Shown: positions 30,484-40,227, counted from the first letter of the stretch. The stretch is DNA of 64,000 nucleotides from an uncultured bacterium (GCA_903831815.1 CAIKZC010000002.1:7244-71243); one strand, 5' to 3'. Numbers and translations: made by a program. The notes: generated by a model from the sequence alone, not told the origin.

Positions 30484-30936
30484 ATGATCGAGAAAAAATT
30501 CGTAAACACCAACAATACCCAAGATCGCCCTGATGGAAAATACAGCGGTGTTATTGCCGACATCCAAAAAGACGGCGTTTGTCCTTTTTGTGCCGAACAA
30601 TTAAAAAATTATCACAAAAATCCGATCATCGAGGAGACCGAACACTGGTTAGTGACCAATAATATGTACCCCTATAAGAACGCTAAACATCACATTTTAC
30701 TCATTCACAAGGTACATATAGAAAATATAAAAGAGATGAGCGAGAAAGCCTGGTCAGAACTTCACGCGATCTTTTTAAATGCAATTGAGCGATCAGATAT
30801 CCCGGGCGGCACGATGTTTATCCGCTTTGGAGATACAAAATTTACCGGTGCCAGCGTTTCGCACTTGCATGCACACCTCGTTTCATCTGATCCAGAAAAT
30901 CCTGGATACACACCACTCCTCACCAGAATTGGTTAA
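30484..30936 (+). CDS. HIT family nucleotide hydrolase
   Basis: CPFC, NMYPY, histidine triad HLHAH. Confidence 0.9.
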   Translation: MIEKKFVNTNNTQDRPDGKYSGVIADIQKDGVCPFCAEQLKNYHKNPIIEETEHWLVTNNMYPYKNAKHHILLIHKVHIENIKEMSEKAWSELHAIFLNAIERSDIPGGTMFIRFGDTKFTGASVSHLHAHLVSSDPENPGYTPLLTRIG

Positions 30937-30938
30937 GC

Positions 30939-31763
30939 CTATTTAACCAAAATTATATCAATTTCGTATTGTTTAAAGAGTTTTTCCGCGTCTATCAAAG
31001 AGTAACCACTCGAATAGAAAACTTTTTTGATGCCGGCCTCTACGATAAGTTTGGCACAAACCGGGCAAGGAAAAGTTGTCGAATAAATTGTGGCACCATC
31101 AAGTGACACACCCTTTTTGGCTGCCTCGGCGATAATGCCGGCCTCGGCATGAATCGAGGTGTATAAATCGAGATGTTCCCCAGCATCAAAATTGTTGCGT
31201 GGATCACCATTTTCATACGGACTATTAGGTGACGGTAAGTGACGATTATACCTAGCAAAAAGCACTTTATCCCCTTTTACCGCTACTGCCCCAATTTGTC
31301 GCCACCAATCCGAACTCTTATCCGCCGCCGCAAAGGCCAACTTCATCATTTGTTTATCAAAATCTTTCTGAGAGATTACCCTATTTGGATCGATTATATT
31401 TTCACGTAGTGTAATTGGTTTGTCCCATCGTAAAAAAACTTTTTCAAAGGTTATTTGGCAGTCTGGTAAATATTTTTCAGCAAAGTACCTCATTAAATCT
31501 TCATCCGGCATGACAATTTCCGCATCTGGAGATATTTTGCCAATATCCTTTTTTTCCAACACTTCAATTTCGGAAACAATATTTAATCCTTCTATGGCTT
31601 TTTTCATATCTCCAGGAGCCACCAATCGAATTTCACGTTCCATGCGCGGAAATTCGAGAATTAAATCTCGTCCAAGCAAATACACTGTACCTGGGTACTT
31701 TTTTAACAAAGAAACGTAACCAGCATGCAATACCGGAATATAGGCAATAAGAATTTTAGCCAT
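30939..31763 (-). CDS. dCMP deaminase-like protein with an extra N-terminal HxGH-like domain
   Basis: C-term HAE...PCPVC Zn deaminase; N-term IAYIPVLHAGY. Confidence 0.85.
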   Translation of the reverse strand: MAKILIAYIPVLHAGYVSLLKKYPGTVYLLGRDLILEFPRMEREIRLVAPGDMKKAIEGLNIVSEIEVLEKKDIGKISPDAEIVMPDEDLMRYFAEKYLPDCQITFEKVFLRWDKPITLRENIIDPNRVISQKDFDKQMMKLAFAAADKSSDWWRQIGAVAVKGDKVLFARYNRHLPSPNSPYENGDPRNNFDAGEHLDLYTSIHAEAGIIAEAAKKGVSLDGATIYSTTFPCPVCAKLIVEAGIKKVFYSSGYSLIDAEKLFKQYEIDIILVK

Positions 31764-31767
31764 ATGA

Positions 31768-32361
31768 TTATCCTTTTTTAATTTTCTCCAGAAAATCTTG
31801 AGTGAGTTTTACAACTTCGCTTGCCAACTCCTCTGCCCCTTCTATTGTCAGATTGCGAATGCGAGCAGTTGTTGAGGTGGTCGCTTGCGGCGGCATCGTC
31901 ACAATTTTTCCACAAACATCTTTATATTCCGATTTCATTTTTTCATCAAAATCACTTGTGCTAGAAGATGTTACCAACACATCTGGTCGAACCAAACGGA
32001 TCAAATCACCAATATCATGACTAGCCTCACGAACGGTAACAATATCAACATGACGTAAATGAACCAACATTTTCAGACGTTCCGTTTCAGGAACAATGGG
32101 ACGATTAGGGCCTTTACGGACTCGCGTTAGCTCATCCGAGTCTACACCAACGATAAGAATGTCTCCGTAACTTTTGGCAACTTCCAAATAAAGCGCGTGT
32201 CCTTCATGAATCAAATCCCAAACACCTTGAGTTAGAACGACTTTTTTCCCTTGTTTTTTGAAAGTTTCAACAAGTTTTTTTAATAGACCTTGGTCATTAA
32301 TCAATCTGTGTTGAAAATTTGTTTCTGGCGCGAGAATCTTTGCGGTGTGTTTAGGCGACAT
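31768..32361 (-). CDS. Cytidylyl/adenylyltransferase family protein (RfaE domain II/HldC-like)
   Basis: TQGVWDLIHEGH, VGVDSD, KGPNRP, STTARI. Confidence 0.9.
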   Translation of the reverse strand: MSPKHTAKILAPETNFQHRLINDQGLLKKLVETFKKQGKKVVLTQGVWDLIHEGHALYLEVAKSYGDILIVGVDSDELTRVRKGPNRPIVPETERLKMLVHLRHVDIVTVREASHDIGDLIRLVRPDVLVTSSSTSDFDEKMKSEYKDVCGKIVTMPPQATTSTTARIRNLTIEGAEELASEVVKLTQDFLEKIKKG

Positions 32362-32394
32362 GAAAGGTATTGAATTATTATTAGCCTAATTATA

Positions 32395-33504
32395 TTAAAC
32401 TTTAAAGTGTTTAGCTAGTCTTGGACCGGATTGAACAATATAGTTGGAAGAAATGGCGTCATAAGACTGCGGCGGCATGCCGGTCATGCGTTCAAATTTG
32501 ACCTTAGCGATCGGTTGACCGTGACGAACTATCAAATCTTCGAGTGGACGCACCTCGAGCGTCAGCGGCCTGCCTTTACCCTCGGCTCGCACTCCCCAAC
32601 CCCACCCCGGATCAATAAAACCGGCGTAGTGAGAGCGAAATTCGGCGCTACGAACATCCATCGGGATCATTTCACAAGCGAGTTCCGGCGGTACGCGCAC
32701 AGCTTCGTGGGTAGCCAGAAGATAAAATGCGCCTTTTTTCAGATAAGCTAAACCGTTCTTTATTTCAATTTTTTTGAAGAATTTTTTGTGATCATAATGA
32801 TCGATCTGCGAGAGATCAACCACGTTGTCGGAAACAATTCCCTCATAACCCGGATTGTCTCCATCCAAATCCAAAGTCATAACGATGGCGCCATCCTTCT
32901 CGCTGACAGTCATATCTTCATAGTTATATGGTGTACCTTTGTTCTGATACCAAAGTAATTTGTAATTTTTGACCGCCACTTCGACTTCAAAAGGATTGAG
33001 TCGAGTGTCCATATTGAAAAAACGGATCTGGTTGAGCGAAACACCTTCGTATAATTTTATCGGAAAAGTTTTGGGAATGACGAAGATCCAAATCTCGCCG
33101 GTAAAACCCGGGGTCACCGAATCGTATCGCGCTACCCCGTCGGCGATAAGGCGCACATGCAAATCAATACGACCGGAAGTTGAGCGCGGATTTAGGAAAC
33201 CGTAGACCGAATGAGGTAATTCCAAAGTTTCTTTGAGACGAATTAAATAAATCTGATCATGTAAAAGCGGTTTGCTGATCGGATGTTTTTTCTTGTTGAT
33301 TTTCGATAAAATCTTTTTAATCGTTTCACCTTTGGCCGGTTGGAAAATACCATCCACGGAATAAATCTCGTCGGAAATAGTGAGGTCGAGTGAAGCCGGG
33401 CGCACATTTTCTTCTTTGGCATTTTGAATGAAGCCGGCGCGAATAAGCTCGATGATAGTCTGGCTTGGGAGCGTGCCTTTTCCGTTTAAAATGCTGACAT
33501 TCAT
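32395..33504 (-). CDS. dcd: dCTP deaminase (two-domain type)
   Basis: PASLDL, NPRSTSGRID, EFRSHYAGFIDPG, LTLEVRP. Confidence 0.92.
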   Translation of the reverse strand: MNVSILNGKGTLPSQTIIELIRAGFIQNAKEENVRPASLDLTISDEIYSVDGIFQPAKGETIKKILSKINKKKHPISKPLLHDQIYLIRLKETLELPHSVYGFLNPRSTSGRIDLHVRLIADGVARYDSVTPGFTGEIWIFVIPKTFPIKLYEGVSLNQIRFFNMDTRLNPFEVEVAVKNYKLLWYQNKGTPYNYEDMTVSEKDGAIVMTLDLDGDNPGYEGIVSDNVVDLSQIDHYDHKKFFKKIEIKNGLAYLKKGAFYLLATHEAVRVPPELACEMIPMDVRSAEFRSHYAGFIDPGWGWGVRAEGKGRPLTLEVRPLEDLIVRHGQPIAKVKFERMTGMPPQSYDAISSNYIVQSGPRLAKHFKV

Positions 33505-33606
33505 TATCCTTTAATCATAGGCCTATGGAAAGAAAAAAGCAAAAAAGGGACAAAAATAAAGCCGACACTTCTGTCGGCTCTACTTCCATTTTTATGGAAC
33601 TCCATT

Positions 33607-34095
33607 TTATACGGCCAAACGCATTCGAGACTGACCTCGAACAAACTCCGGAAACAAAGGATGTTGAGTTTCATCATCTTTTTGCATCCTGGCAAGCTTG
33701 TCCGCCACCAAAGTGGCACCGTCGGTTCGTAAATCACGATATCGACGAAATTCAAAGCCCGGCTGACGAGTGTCAATGATGAGATCAGACACAAGAGATC
33801 CTTCGCGAGCAATAGCCAAACATGGCATACCCCTCGCCTCAACTTGTGTGGCCATTTCATAGCCAAGACCGGTTGCCGGATGATCACAGACTGCAACCAT
33901 CAGACAACATCTCATGACACAATCATGAATATCGTAACGATATATCTCGTAGGGAGGAAAATCTCCCAAACCCAAAAATGAAAGTACGGTGCAAAACGAC
34001 TTGACATTGATCTTGAAGCCCTCGATCTCCGCGCGAAATTCTGGCGGAGCATGAGTCAAACCACAACCAATATAAACCTTGCGATCAAAGAACAT
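33607..34095 (-). CDS. Nucleoside 2-deoxyribosyltransferase/DNPH1-like N-glycosidase
   Basis: KVYIGC...YD...VAVCD.PATGLGYEM; AAGGAG SD before ATG 34095. Confidence 0.75.
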   Translation of the reverse strand: MFFDRKVYIGCGLTHAPPEFRAEIEGFKINVKSFCTVLSFLGLGDFPPYEIYRYDIHDCVMRCCLMVAVCDHPATGLGYEMATQVEARGMPCLAIAREGSLVSDLIIDTRQPGFEFRRYRDLRTDGATLVADKLARMQKDDETQHPLFPEFVRGQSRMRLAV

Positions 34096-34174
34096 GGCCA
34101 GCTCCTTTTGTAAAAAGCCAAAGTTAAATCCTAAATATAATATAAGCCCAACTGAATAAAAAAGCAAAAAAGAG

Positions 34175-34220
34175 CCCCGGGTTTTGTTCGTCGCTTTCTT
34201 GCGACGAACAAAACCCGGGG
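34175..34220 (-). terminator. Perfect 20-bp inverted repeat / terminator
   Basis: ccccgggttttgttcgtcgc-tttctt-gcgacgaacaaaacccgggg; a T tract follows on minus. Confidence 0.8.
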
Positions 34221-34227
34221 TATACCC

Positions 34228-34770
34228 TCACCCGACACAACGAAGCAACTGGTCACAACCGAAAACAATCTTGCGATTCATGTCCCACCACTTGTCCCAT
34301 GGTCTGGCGACTTCAGCCTGAAGACAAAGCCGGCCATGATCATCTCCAAAGATCCTTAGGATGCAAGGATCGCTCGCCGAATCAAGGCGTTGATTCATGA
34401 CAAACCACAGGTCAATGCCCCTGTAAGTCGGCCGGCGGCTAAGGTGAACTGCGACAGCCAAAACGGCCTCGCTTGGACAGATCCGACCGCCTATACTTGG
34501 AATGTAACTCCAGATCTCGTGAGTGGCGGGGATGGATTCAAACAGCATATCGAGGCGAGCCGCAGCCAAATTGAGCGGTATCACACTTCGACACAGGCTA
34601 CTGAATCCCCTACTTTTGATCACGAAGTCGGCCTCCGGCAAAACATGAACGCCCACGGCATTCAAAATAAGTGCCCATTCATCCTCTGTTTTGTATGCCG
34701 CTTCGATCTGCATCCAAAACATTTCACGCGCACTTCTGACAGTACGTTTCTGGATTGTCATCTGTGACAT
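34228..34770 (-). CDS. Hypothetical protein (SD-led accessory gene)
   Basis: AGGAGG SD before ATG 34770; TTGACA upstream. Confidence 0.6.
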   Translation of the reverse strand: MSQMTIQKRTVRSAREMFWMQIEAAYKTEDEWALILNAVGVHVLPEADFVIKSRGFSSLCRSVIPLNLAAARLDMLFESIPATHEIWSYIPSIGGRICPSEAVLAVAVHLSRRPTYRGIDLWFVMNQRLDSASDPCILRIFGDDHGRLCLQAEVARPWDKWWDMNRKIVFGCDQLLRCVG

Positions 34771-34877
34771 CGCGCATTCCTCCTGAAAAGAACTCCGTTT
34801 AAAATTCAAAACGATTGACGCTGACATTAATTAAACGTCCGCCAGATTACATTGTCAACGAATAAGTATTTAAAAAA

Positions 34878-34986
34878 CAAAGTAAAAGAGCAGTTTTGAG
34901 GGACTCACGGAGCGCGACGGCGCGAGTGTGAAGGAAATTTCCAGCAGGAAATTTACCTGTGCCCTCAAAACTGCTCTTTTACTTTG
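34878..34986 (-). repeat. Structured dispersed repeat, copy 3
   Basis: Core 34900-34964 is the exact reverse complement of the copy 1 core; perfect 22-bp flanking IR. Confidence 0.92.
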
Positions 34987-35002
34987 CTTTCTACTCTTTT
35001 TA

Positions 35003-35428
35003 TTATTTAACCACCTCCACCCCCATCGATCGTGCCGATCCTTCAATGATCTTCATAGCGGCTTCAATATCGTTGGCGTTTAGATCAGGAAGTTTCTTTT
35101 CAGCTATTACACGAATTTGAGCTTTGGTAATCTTGCCGGCTTTGGTAATTTTGTTCTTGCCGGAACCTTTCTCGATCTTGATAGCCTTAAGAATCATGTT
35201 GGAAGCAGGCTCAGTCTTGTAGGTCATCTTGTAGGTACGATCCTCGAAAACTTCGATGATCGTAGGTACATTTTCACCGGCGCGAGCTTTGGTTTCGTCG
35301 TTAAAACGCTTGACGAATTCGCCAATGTTAATACCGGCCTGACCTAGAGCAGGACCGAGAGCTTGTCCGGGAACGGCTTTACCGCCGGGAATAATCAATT
35401 TTAATCTTTTTGTAACTTTTTTTGCCAT
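35003..35428 (-). CDS. rplK: 50S ribosomal protein L11
   Basis: GPALGQAGINI.EF..FN, PDLNA, GSARSMG. Confidence 0.98.
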   Translation of the reverse strand: MAKKVTKRLKLIIPGGKAVPGQALGPALGQAGINIGEFVKRFNDETKARAGENVPTIIEVFEDRTYKMTYKTEPASNMILKAIKIEKGSGKNKITKAGKITKAQIRVIAEKKLPDLNANDIEAAMKIIEGSARSMGVEVVK

Positions 35429-35484
35429 AGAATTTTCGAAAAATATGTATAAATTTGAAGCGTAACAGTGAAAAAGAGTCTACC

Positions 35485-36030
35485 TTAAACCTTCTTAACT
35501 TGCAAGAAATCCAATTCGACTGGGGTTTCTCGACCGAACATTGAAACCAAGACTTTCACCTTGCCTCTTTCCTCATCAATACTGTTAACTGCACCTTCCA
35601 AATCCTTGAAAGGACCGTCGGAAATCATGACTCGGTCATTTATCGCCAAATTAATTGCGTGTTTGACGTCGCCTGAGTTCATGCGTTTAAAAAGAACTTC
35701 AAATTCTTTCTTGTCGATAGGCACAGGATAGACACCGGATCCAACGAAACCAGTGACGCGAGGCGTGTTGCGAACAACATACCAACTATCATCAGTCACG
35801 ATCATATCCACCAAAATATATCCGGGATATATTTTCTCTTCCTCTTCAACACGTTTGCCGGCTTTGACTTTGATTTTCTTTTCAGTCGGCACAAGTACGT
35901 TAAAAATCTTATCCCCCATTCCGAGAGATTCGATGCGCTGTTTCAAATTACGAGCCACGGCATTTTCGTATCCGGCATAAGTGTGGATGACGTACCAGTT
36001 TCGCTCGGCTTCAATTTGCTGTTTTGCCAT
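35485..36030 (-). CDS. nusG: Transcription termination/antitermination factor NusG
   Basis: WYVIHTYAGYE, VRNTPRVTGFVG, KOW motif, FGRETPVEL. Confidence 0.98.
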   Translation of the reverse strand: MAKQQIEAERNWYVIHTYAGYENAVARNLKQRIESLGMGDKIFNVLVPTEKKIKVKAGKRVEEEEKIYPGYILVDMIVTDDSWYVVRNTPRVTGFVGSGVYPVPIDKKEFEVLFKRMNSGDVKHAINLAINDRVMISDGPFKDLEGAVNSIDEERGKVKVLVSMFGRETPVELDFLQVKKV

Positions 36031-36058
36031 AATATTTTATCTTAAGATAGTGTTAAAC

Positions 36059-36238
36059 CTATGAAATTAAACTTTTCAAAATTGTTGAAAAAATAGAGTC
36101 GAAGGCGCCGAGCAGGAATGCGACTACGGCCGAAAGAACAATGACCACGACAGTGTAACCAATGGCTTGAGCGCGAGTTGGCCAGTTAACATGTTTGAGC
36201 TCAGATCGAGTGTCTCTTATATATTCGGTGATTTTCAT
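36059..36238 (-). CDS. secE: Preprotein translocase subunit SecE (59 aa)
   Basis: MKITEYIRDTRSELKHVNWPTR, then one TM, directly upstream of nusG; below the ORF-track cutoff. Confidence 0.93.
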   Translation of the reverse strand: MKITEYIRDTRSELKHVNWPTRAQAIGYTVVVIVLSAVVAFLLGAFDSIFSTILKSLIS

Positions 36239-36328
36239 ATAATTTGCGGTTTTTTACTTGGTTTCTTTTACTAAAAAACCCCGCTGGGGGCTTTTAGTAC
36301 CATATCATATTGGTAGAAGAATTGCAAG

Positions 36329-37108
36329 TTATTGAATTTCGTAGGTAATCGACACGTCAGAAGTCGAGGTGTTCTGCCCTACCGGAATTGACGGTGTCGG
36401 AGCCGCAGAATTTGCTCCCATACCTAGAACCATATCTTTTGAATAATAGACAGGTCGTGCGGAACCACTTTCAGAGAAGCTGGTAATGCGGACCAAGCGG
36501 ACCCCAAGACCACTAGCAATAGATTGCGCCTGCGCTTTAGCTTGAGCGATAGCTTTGTTACGAGCTTCCGTTTTGACAGCGGAATCATCTTCAACAGTCA
36601 AAGAAAGTCCGCTTAAATTGGTGACATTCTTTTGTCCTAAAACACCGAGGATTGTTCCGGCAGTATCAATAGCGCGAATTTTAACTTGAACAGTATCAGA
36701 AACTGTATAACCAACCAAAATCTGTCGAGAAGGTGGACACAAGCCAACCGTACAAACCGAACCTTGATATTCATATTTCGGATTTATATCATACGAAGTT
36801 GTTTGAATATCTTTGTCGGCAATACCGGAAGTTTTAAGCGTTGCCAATACATCATTCATTTGTATGGTAACTTGATTTTGAGCATCAGCGACAGTTTTAG
36901 CGGTTTTTTCTATAGAAAAACTAACCGTGGCAATATTTGGAACAGCAAAAGCGTCACCATGTCCGGAAACTGTGATCGTATTTGTTGAAGGAGCACTGCC
37001 GATAAAACCCGTTGCTTTCAACGTATAAATAACCAAACTTAAAACAAAGATTGAAACTAAAACTCCCAACGTCATTATAAGTGCCTGAAAATATTTCCAA
37101 TCACGCAT
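36329..37108 (-). CDS. SIMPL (DUF541) domain protein
   Basis: TITVSG.G...PNIA; ARNKAIAQAKAQA..IA..LGV.L. Confidence 0.9.
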   Translation of the reverse strand: MRDWKYFQALIMTLGVLVSIFVLSLVIYTLKATGFIGSAPSTNTITVSGHGDAFAVPNIATVSFSIEKTAKTVADAQNQVTIQMNDVLATLKTSGIADKDIQTTSYDINPKYEYQGSVCTVGLCPPSRQILVGYTVSDTVQVKIRAIDTAGTILGVLGQKNVTNLSGLSLTVEDDSAVKTEARNKAIAQAKAQAQSIASGLGVRLVRITSFSESGSARPVYYSKDMVLGMGANSAAPTPSIPVGQNTSTSDVSITYEIQ

Positions 37109-37150
37109 ATTTTTTTAAATTAAAATGATAATTAAATTATTATAACACGT

Positions 37151-38317
37151 CTATTCAACGGTAGACGTTGTAGACGAACTAGAAGTACCTGTAGAAGTTG
37201 CTATTGATGTAGACACATCGCTATCAACTGGCATAATTACGGTTTTCTCTCCCGCTTCCAAAATTTTTCCTGCTTCACGAGCGGTATCTTCCGCTTGTTT
37301 TAAAAGCACAAAAGAATCGCCGTAGTCTTTGACATCGAGTTTTGCATTGCCTTGAGACAAGAGATCAGAAGCTTGTTGAAGTTTGATCTCGGCTTTGTTT
37401 ATGTATGTGCTTGTTGCAACATTAATTGTGGTCGTGCCGATGATGGTCGAAGTCGCTTCAGTCGAGCTAGAGATCAGAGGAGTTATGTAAGGCAATTCAA
37501 CGCCACCCAATTTTTCATCGGTTGTCGTTGCAGTGCTAGAGGTAGCCGAAGCAAGTGAGACTTGAACAGCGGAAATGGCATCCTGAGCGGCTTTTTGTTG
37601 GCTAAGCAAAACCTCAATAGACAAAGTCGTACTTGAATTTCGTGAATCGATACCGGCTCGGTCTAAAGAAAGAGCCGTGGCTTGAATACTGACTTTTGTC
37701 GCCAAATCTTGTACGGCATTGTTAACTGTTGCATTACCGTCTACCAATGTATCCAAAATAGCTTCGTGAACTTTTAATGAGGATTCGGCTTTGGAAGAAG
37801 TATCGACTGCAGCCGCGCTATTATTGTCGGTTTCTAGTTGTTTAACACTGTCCTTGATGACGGCCAAGTTGGAATCAATCTTGCTTTCAGCTTGAGCAGT
37901 TGTGGTAGCATCGAGTGTGCCGGCCATAGCCATAGTTTCCACTTCTTCAAGTCGACGAACCGCCAGCTCGGTGTGAAGCTGAGCTTTTGACTGAGGAGTG
38001 AAAGCGAACAATCCCAGAACATTTTCGTTGACGCTGGTCTTAACTTGATATAGAGGTTGTCCAGGAAGAGCTTTTTCGGCAGCGGTTGAAATGCCTCCAA
38101 TTAGAAGCACGGCCAAAAGCGCCATGGAAACGTATTGAGGTTTTACATACAAAGAAATATTTCGCCAATAGAACATCGGTGAATACGGCGAAAGAGTATC
38201 GCGTTCCGAATAGGCGATCTTAGAAAGCAATCGCGCTCGCATAGCCTCGCGCTCATCGAACGTTAATCCGATTTTTTGTCCTAAGTTATAAAGTTTTTCT
38301 TCAAATTTATTAATCAT
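37151..38317 (-). CDS. Probable anti-sigma factor (DUF5667-like)
   Basis: Overlaps the sigma stop codon; TM followed by ALPGQPLYQVK...RRLEE. Confidence 0.75.
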   Translation of the reverse strand: MINKFEEKLYNLGQKIGLTFDEREAMRARLLSKIAYSERDTLSPYSPMFYWRNISLYVKPQYVSMALLAVLLIGGISTAAEKALPGQPLYQVKTSVNENVLGLFAFTPQSKAQLHTELAVRRLEEVETMAMAGTLDATTTAQAESKIDSNLAVIKDSVKQLETDNNSAAAVDTSSKAESSLKVHEAILDTLVDGNATVNNAVQDLATKVSIQATALSLDRAGIDSRNSSTTLSIEVLLSQQKAAQDAISAVQVSLASATSSTATTTDEKLGGVELPYITPLISSSTEATSTIIGTTTINVATSTYINKAEIKLQQASDLLSQGNAKLDVKDYGDSFVLLKQAEDTAREAGKILEAGEKTVIMPVDSDVSTSIATSTGTSSSSTTSTVE

Positions 38318-38814
38318 ATATGTAATATCTCCTGCAACATTTTGATTGCTCGATTGAGTTGGACTGAAACTGAATTTTCCGTACGTTTGACGATCTCTCC
38401 TATTTCCGACGGTGAAAGTCCTTCCACAAAACGCAATGTGACGACCTGTCGATATTTTTCCGGAAGCTTTGCGATCGCCTGACGAACTTTATCAATCTCC
38501 ATAAACTCCATGATTTTCCCTTCGTCGTCATCTTCTATATCAAAACCACTTTCTTGCATCATATCCAGCGAAACCATTTTCTTGCGACGATACTCGTCGA
38601 TGATCAAGTTGTTGGCTACCCGATAGACCAATGCGGTGGGATTTTTAATATCTGTGCCCCTGTCAAAATACTCCCAAACTTTCAAAAAAGCTTCTTGAGA
38701 AATCTCCAAGGCCCGTTCACGACTACTCAAACGAAAAAAGCAATGTCTGAATATCGCAGAGGAAAGCGTGTCATAAAGAGCTATAAAAGCTTGTTTTGTT
38801 TCCTCTTTGTCCAT
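38314..38814 (-). CDS. ECF RNA polymerase sigma factor
   Basis: Region 2 QEAFLKVW...N.IIDEYRRK; region 4 LPEKYRQV.LRF.EG...EIG. Confidence 0.93.
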   Translation of the reverse strand: MDKEETKQAFIALYDTLSSAIFRHCFFRLSSRERALEISQEAFLKVWEYFDRGTDIKNPTALVYRVANNLIIDEYRRKKMVSLDMMQESGFDIEDDDEGKIMEFMEIDKVRQAIAKLPEKYRQVVTLRFVEGLSPSEIGEIVKRTENSVSVQLNRAIKMLQEILHI

Positions 38815-38817
38815 ATA

Positions 38818-38845
38818 TAGACGGTCTCAAAGGGCCGTTCTTACA
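38818..38845 (-). promoter_or_regulatory. Autoregulatory ECF-type promoter
   Basis: TGTAAG-N16-CGTCTA immediately before the sigma ATG. Confidence 0.6.
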
Positions 38846-39273
38846 GCATATAATACCACAAAAAACCAATACATAAAGCCCATTTTTGCATAAAAAAAGG
38901 CGGCAGGTGAGTATCATCCCTGGTATACAAGAGATTGAGTCACCAGACCGCCGTTGCTTCTAACGTCTATGCGAATGATCCGCAAGAAAATGCAAACCAT
39001 CGGCACCATGAACAAAATGGTCCAAACCTCCCTTCTCGTCTTTCGGCCAATCCATTCATGAACAGGCGCGATGATAAGTGTTGTGTCACCTCATGTGACA
39101 CGGTTCAACGATACGCTCTAACCGATGTTAGGGTCGTCGCGAGGTAGCACCATGACGGAACCTCCCTTCTATACTCAAGGATATTCCCACAAATATCGCG
39201 TGTCAAGTTCATAACAAAGCTCGCCATGCAGCCATCTTAAAAAAACTTTTAAATTACAAAATCAATTAGAAAA

Positions 39274-40227
39274 CTAATTATGCCATCTTCCGAAGATTCC
39301 GGCCGGTAAAAGTCTCCCGGTTTTTTCTTCTTCAATCGTGAGTTCCCCTACTTCAATAGAGCCGCCCCAATCAGCGGTTAAATTTTTTAAAATATTTTCT
39401 AAAGCGATAGCGGAATATCCAGCTGCATATCCGTTAATTAAAAAGAAAAGTGGTTTTGGCGCCATAATTTGCTTGCAAAGTTCAACTAATTGCAACAAAC
39501 TTTCTTCGATTTTCCAGACTTCACCGTTTGGTCCGCGTCCAAAAGCCGGCGGATCCATAATAATGCCGTCGTATTTTTTGCCTCTTTTAATTTCTCGCTT
39601 CACAAAAACAATCGCATCATCCAAAATCCAACGTATTTTTTTATCAGAAAGTCCGGAAATGTCGGCGTTGTCTTTAGCCCAGCTGATTGCCGATTTCGAG
39701 CCATCAACGTGACAGACATCGGCGCCGGCCTGGGCGGCGGCCAAAGTCGCGCCACCAGTATAACCAAATAAATTCAAAACAGAAATTTTCTCACTGCCGG
39801 CGCCGACATTTTTTTTATGATCCATTATTACATTTCGCAACCAATCCCAGTTTCCAACTTGCTCGGGAAAAACGCCGACATGTTTAAAGGCCGATGGTTT
39901 GATCCAAAACTTCAAACCACCTAGGATTATCTGCCACTTATCAGGCACATTCACCTTTAGTTTCCAAGCACTTTTTTCCTGTCTGCCACCTTTTGATTTT
40001 TCATCCTTTGATTTAGCTTCTTTTATACCTTCATTTTTAGCCATTTCATGAGCAAAAACACCTTGAGCCTTCTGCCAAACTTCAATAGGAGCACTTTTAG
40101 TCCACAATGCCTGCGGATCCGGACGAGCCAAAGTAAACACGCCGAAACGTTCCAGCTTCTCGCCTGCCCCGCTATCAATAAGAGCGTAATCAGCCACCGA
40201 TTTTGTAATCAAAATTTTTGGATTCAT
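39274..40227 (-). CDS. Class I SAM-dependent (RlmI/RlmK-like) methyltransferase
   Basis: VLNLFGYTG, YDGIIMDPPAF. Confidence 0.9.
   Translation of the reverse strand: MNPKILITKSVADYALIDSGAGEKLERFGVFTLARPDPQALWTKSAPIEVWQKAQGVFAHEMAKNEGIKEAKSKDEKSKGGRQEKSAWKLKVNVPDKWQIILGGLKFWIKPSAFKHVGVFPEQVGNWDWLRNVIMDHKKNVGAGSEKISVLNLFGYTGGATLAAAQAGADVCHVDGSKSAISWAKDNADISGLSDKKIRWILDDAIVFVKREIKRGKKYDGIIMDPPAFGRGPNGEVWKIEESLLQLVELCKQIMAPKPLFFLINGYAAGYSAIALENILKNLTADWGGSIEVGELTIEEEKTGRLLPAGIFGRWHN

Noticed and set aside
31768-32361. LPS heptose biosynthesis (hldC)
   Set aside because: No gmhA, gmhB, hldD or kinase nearby; the context is deoxynucleotide metabolism
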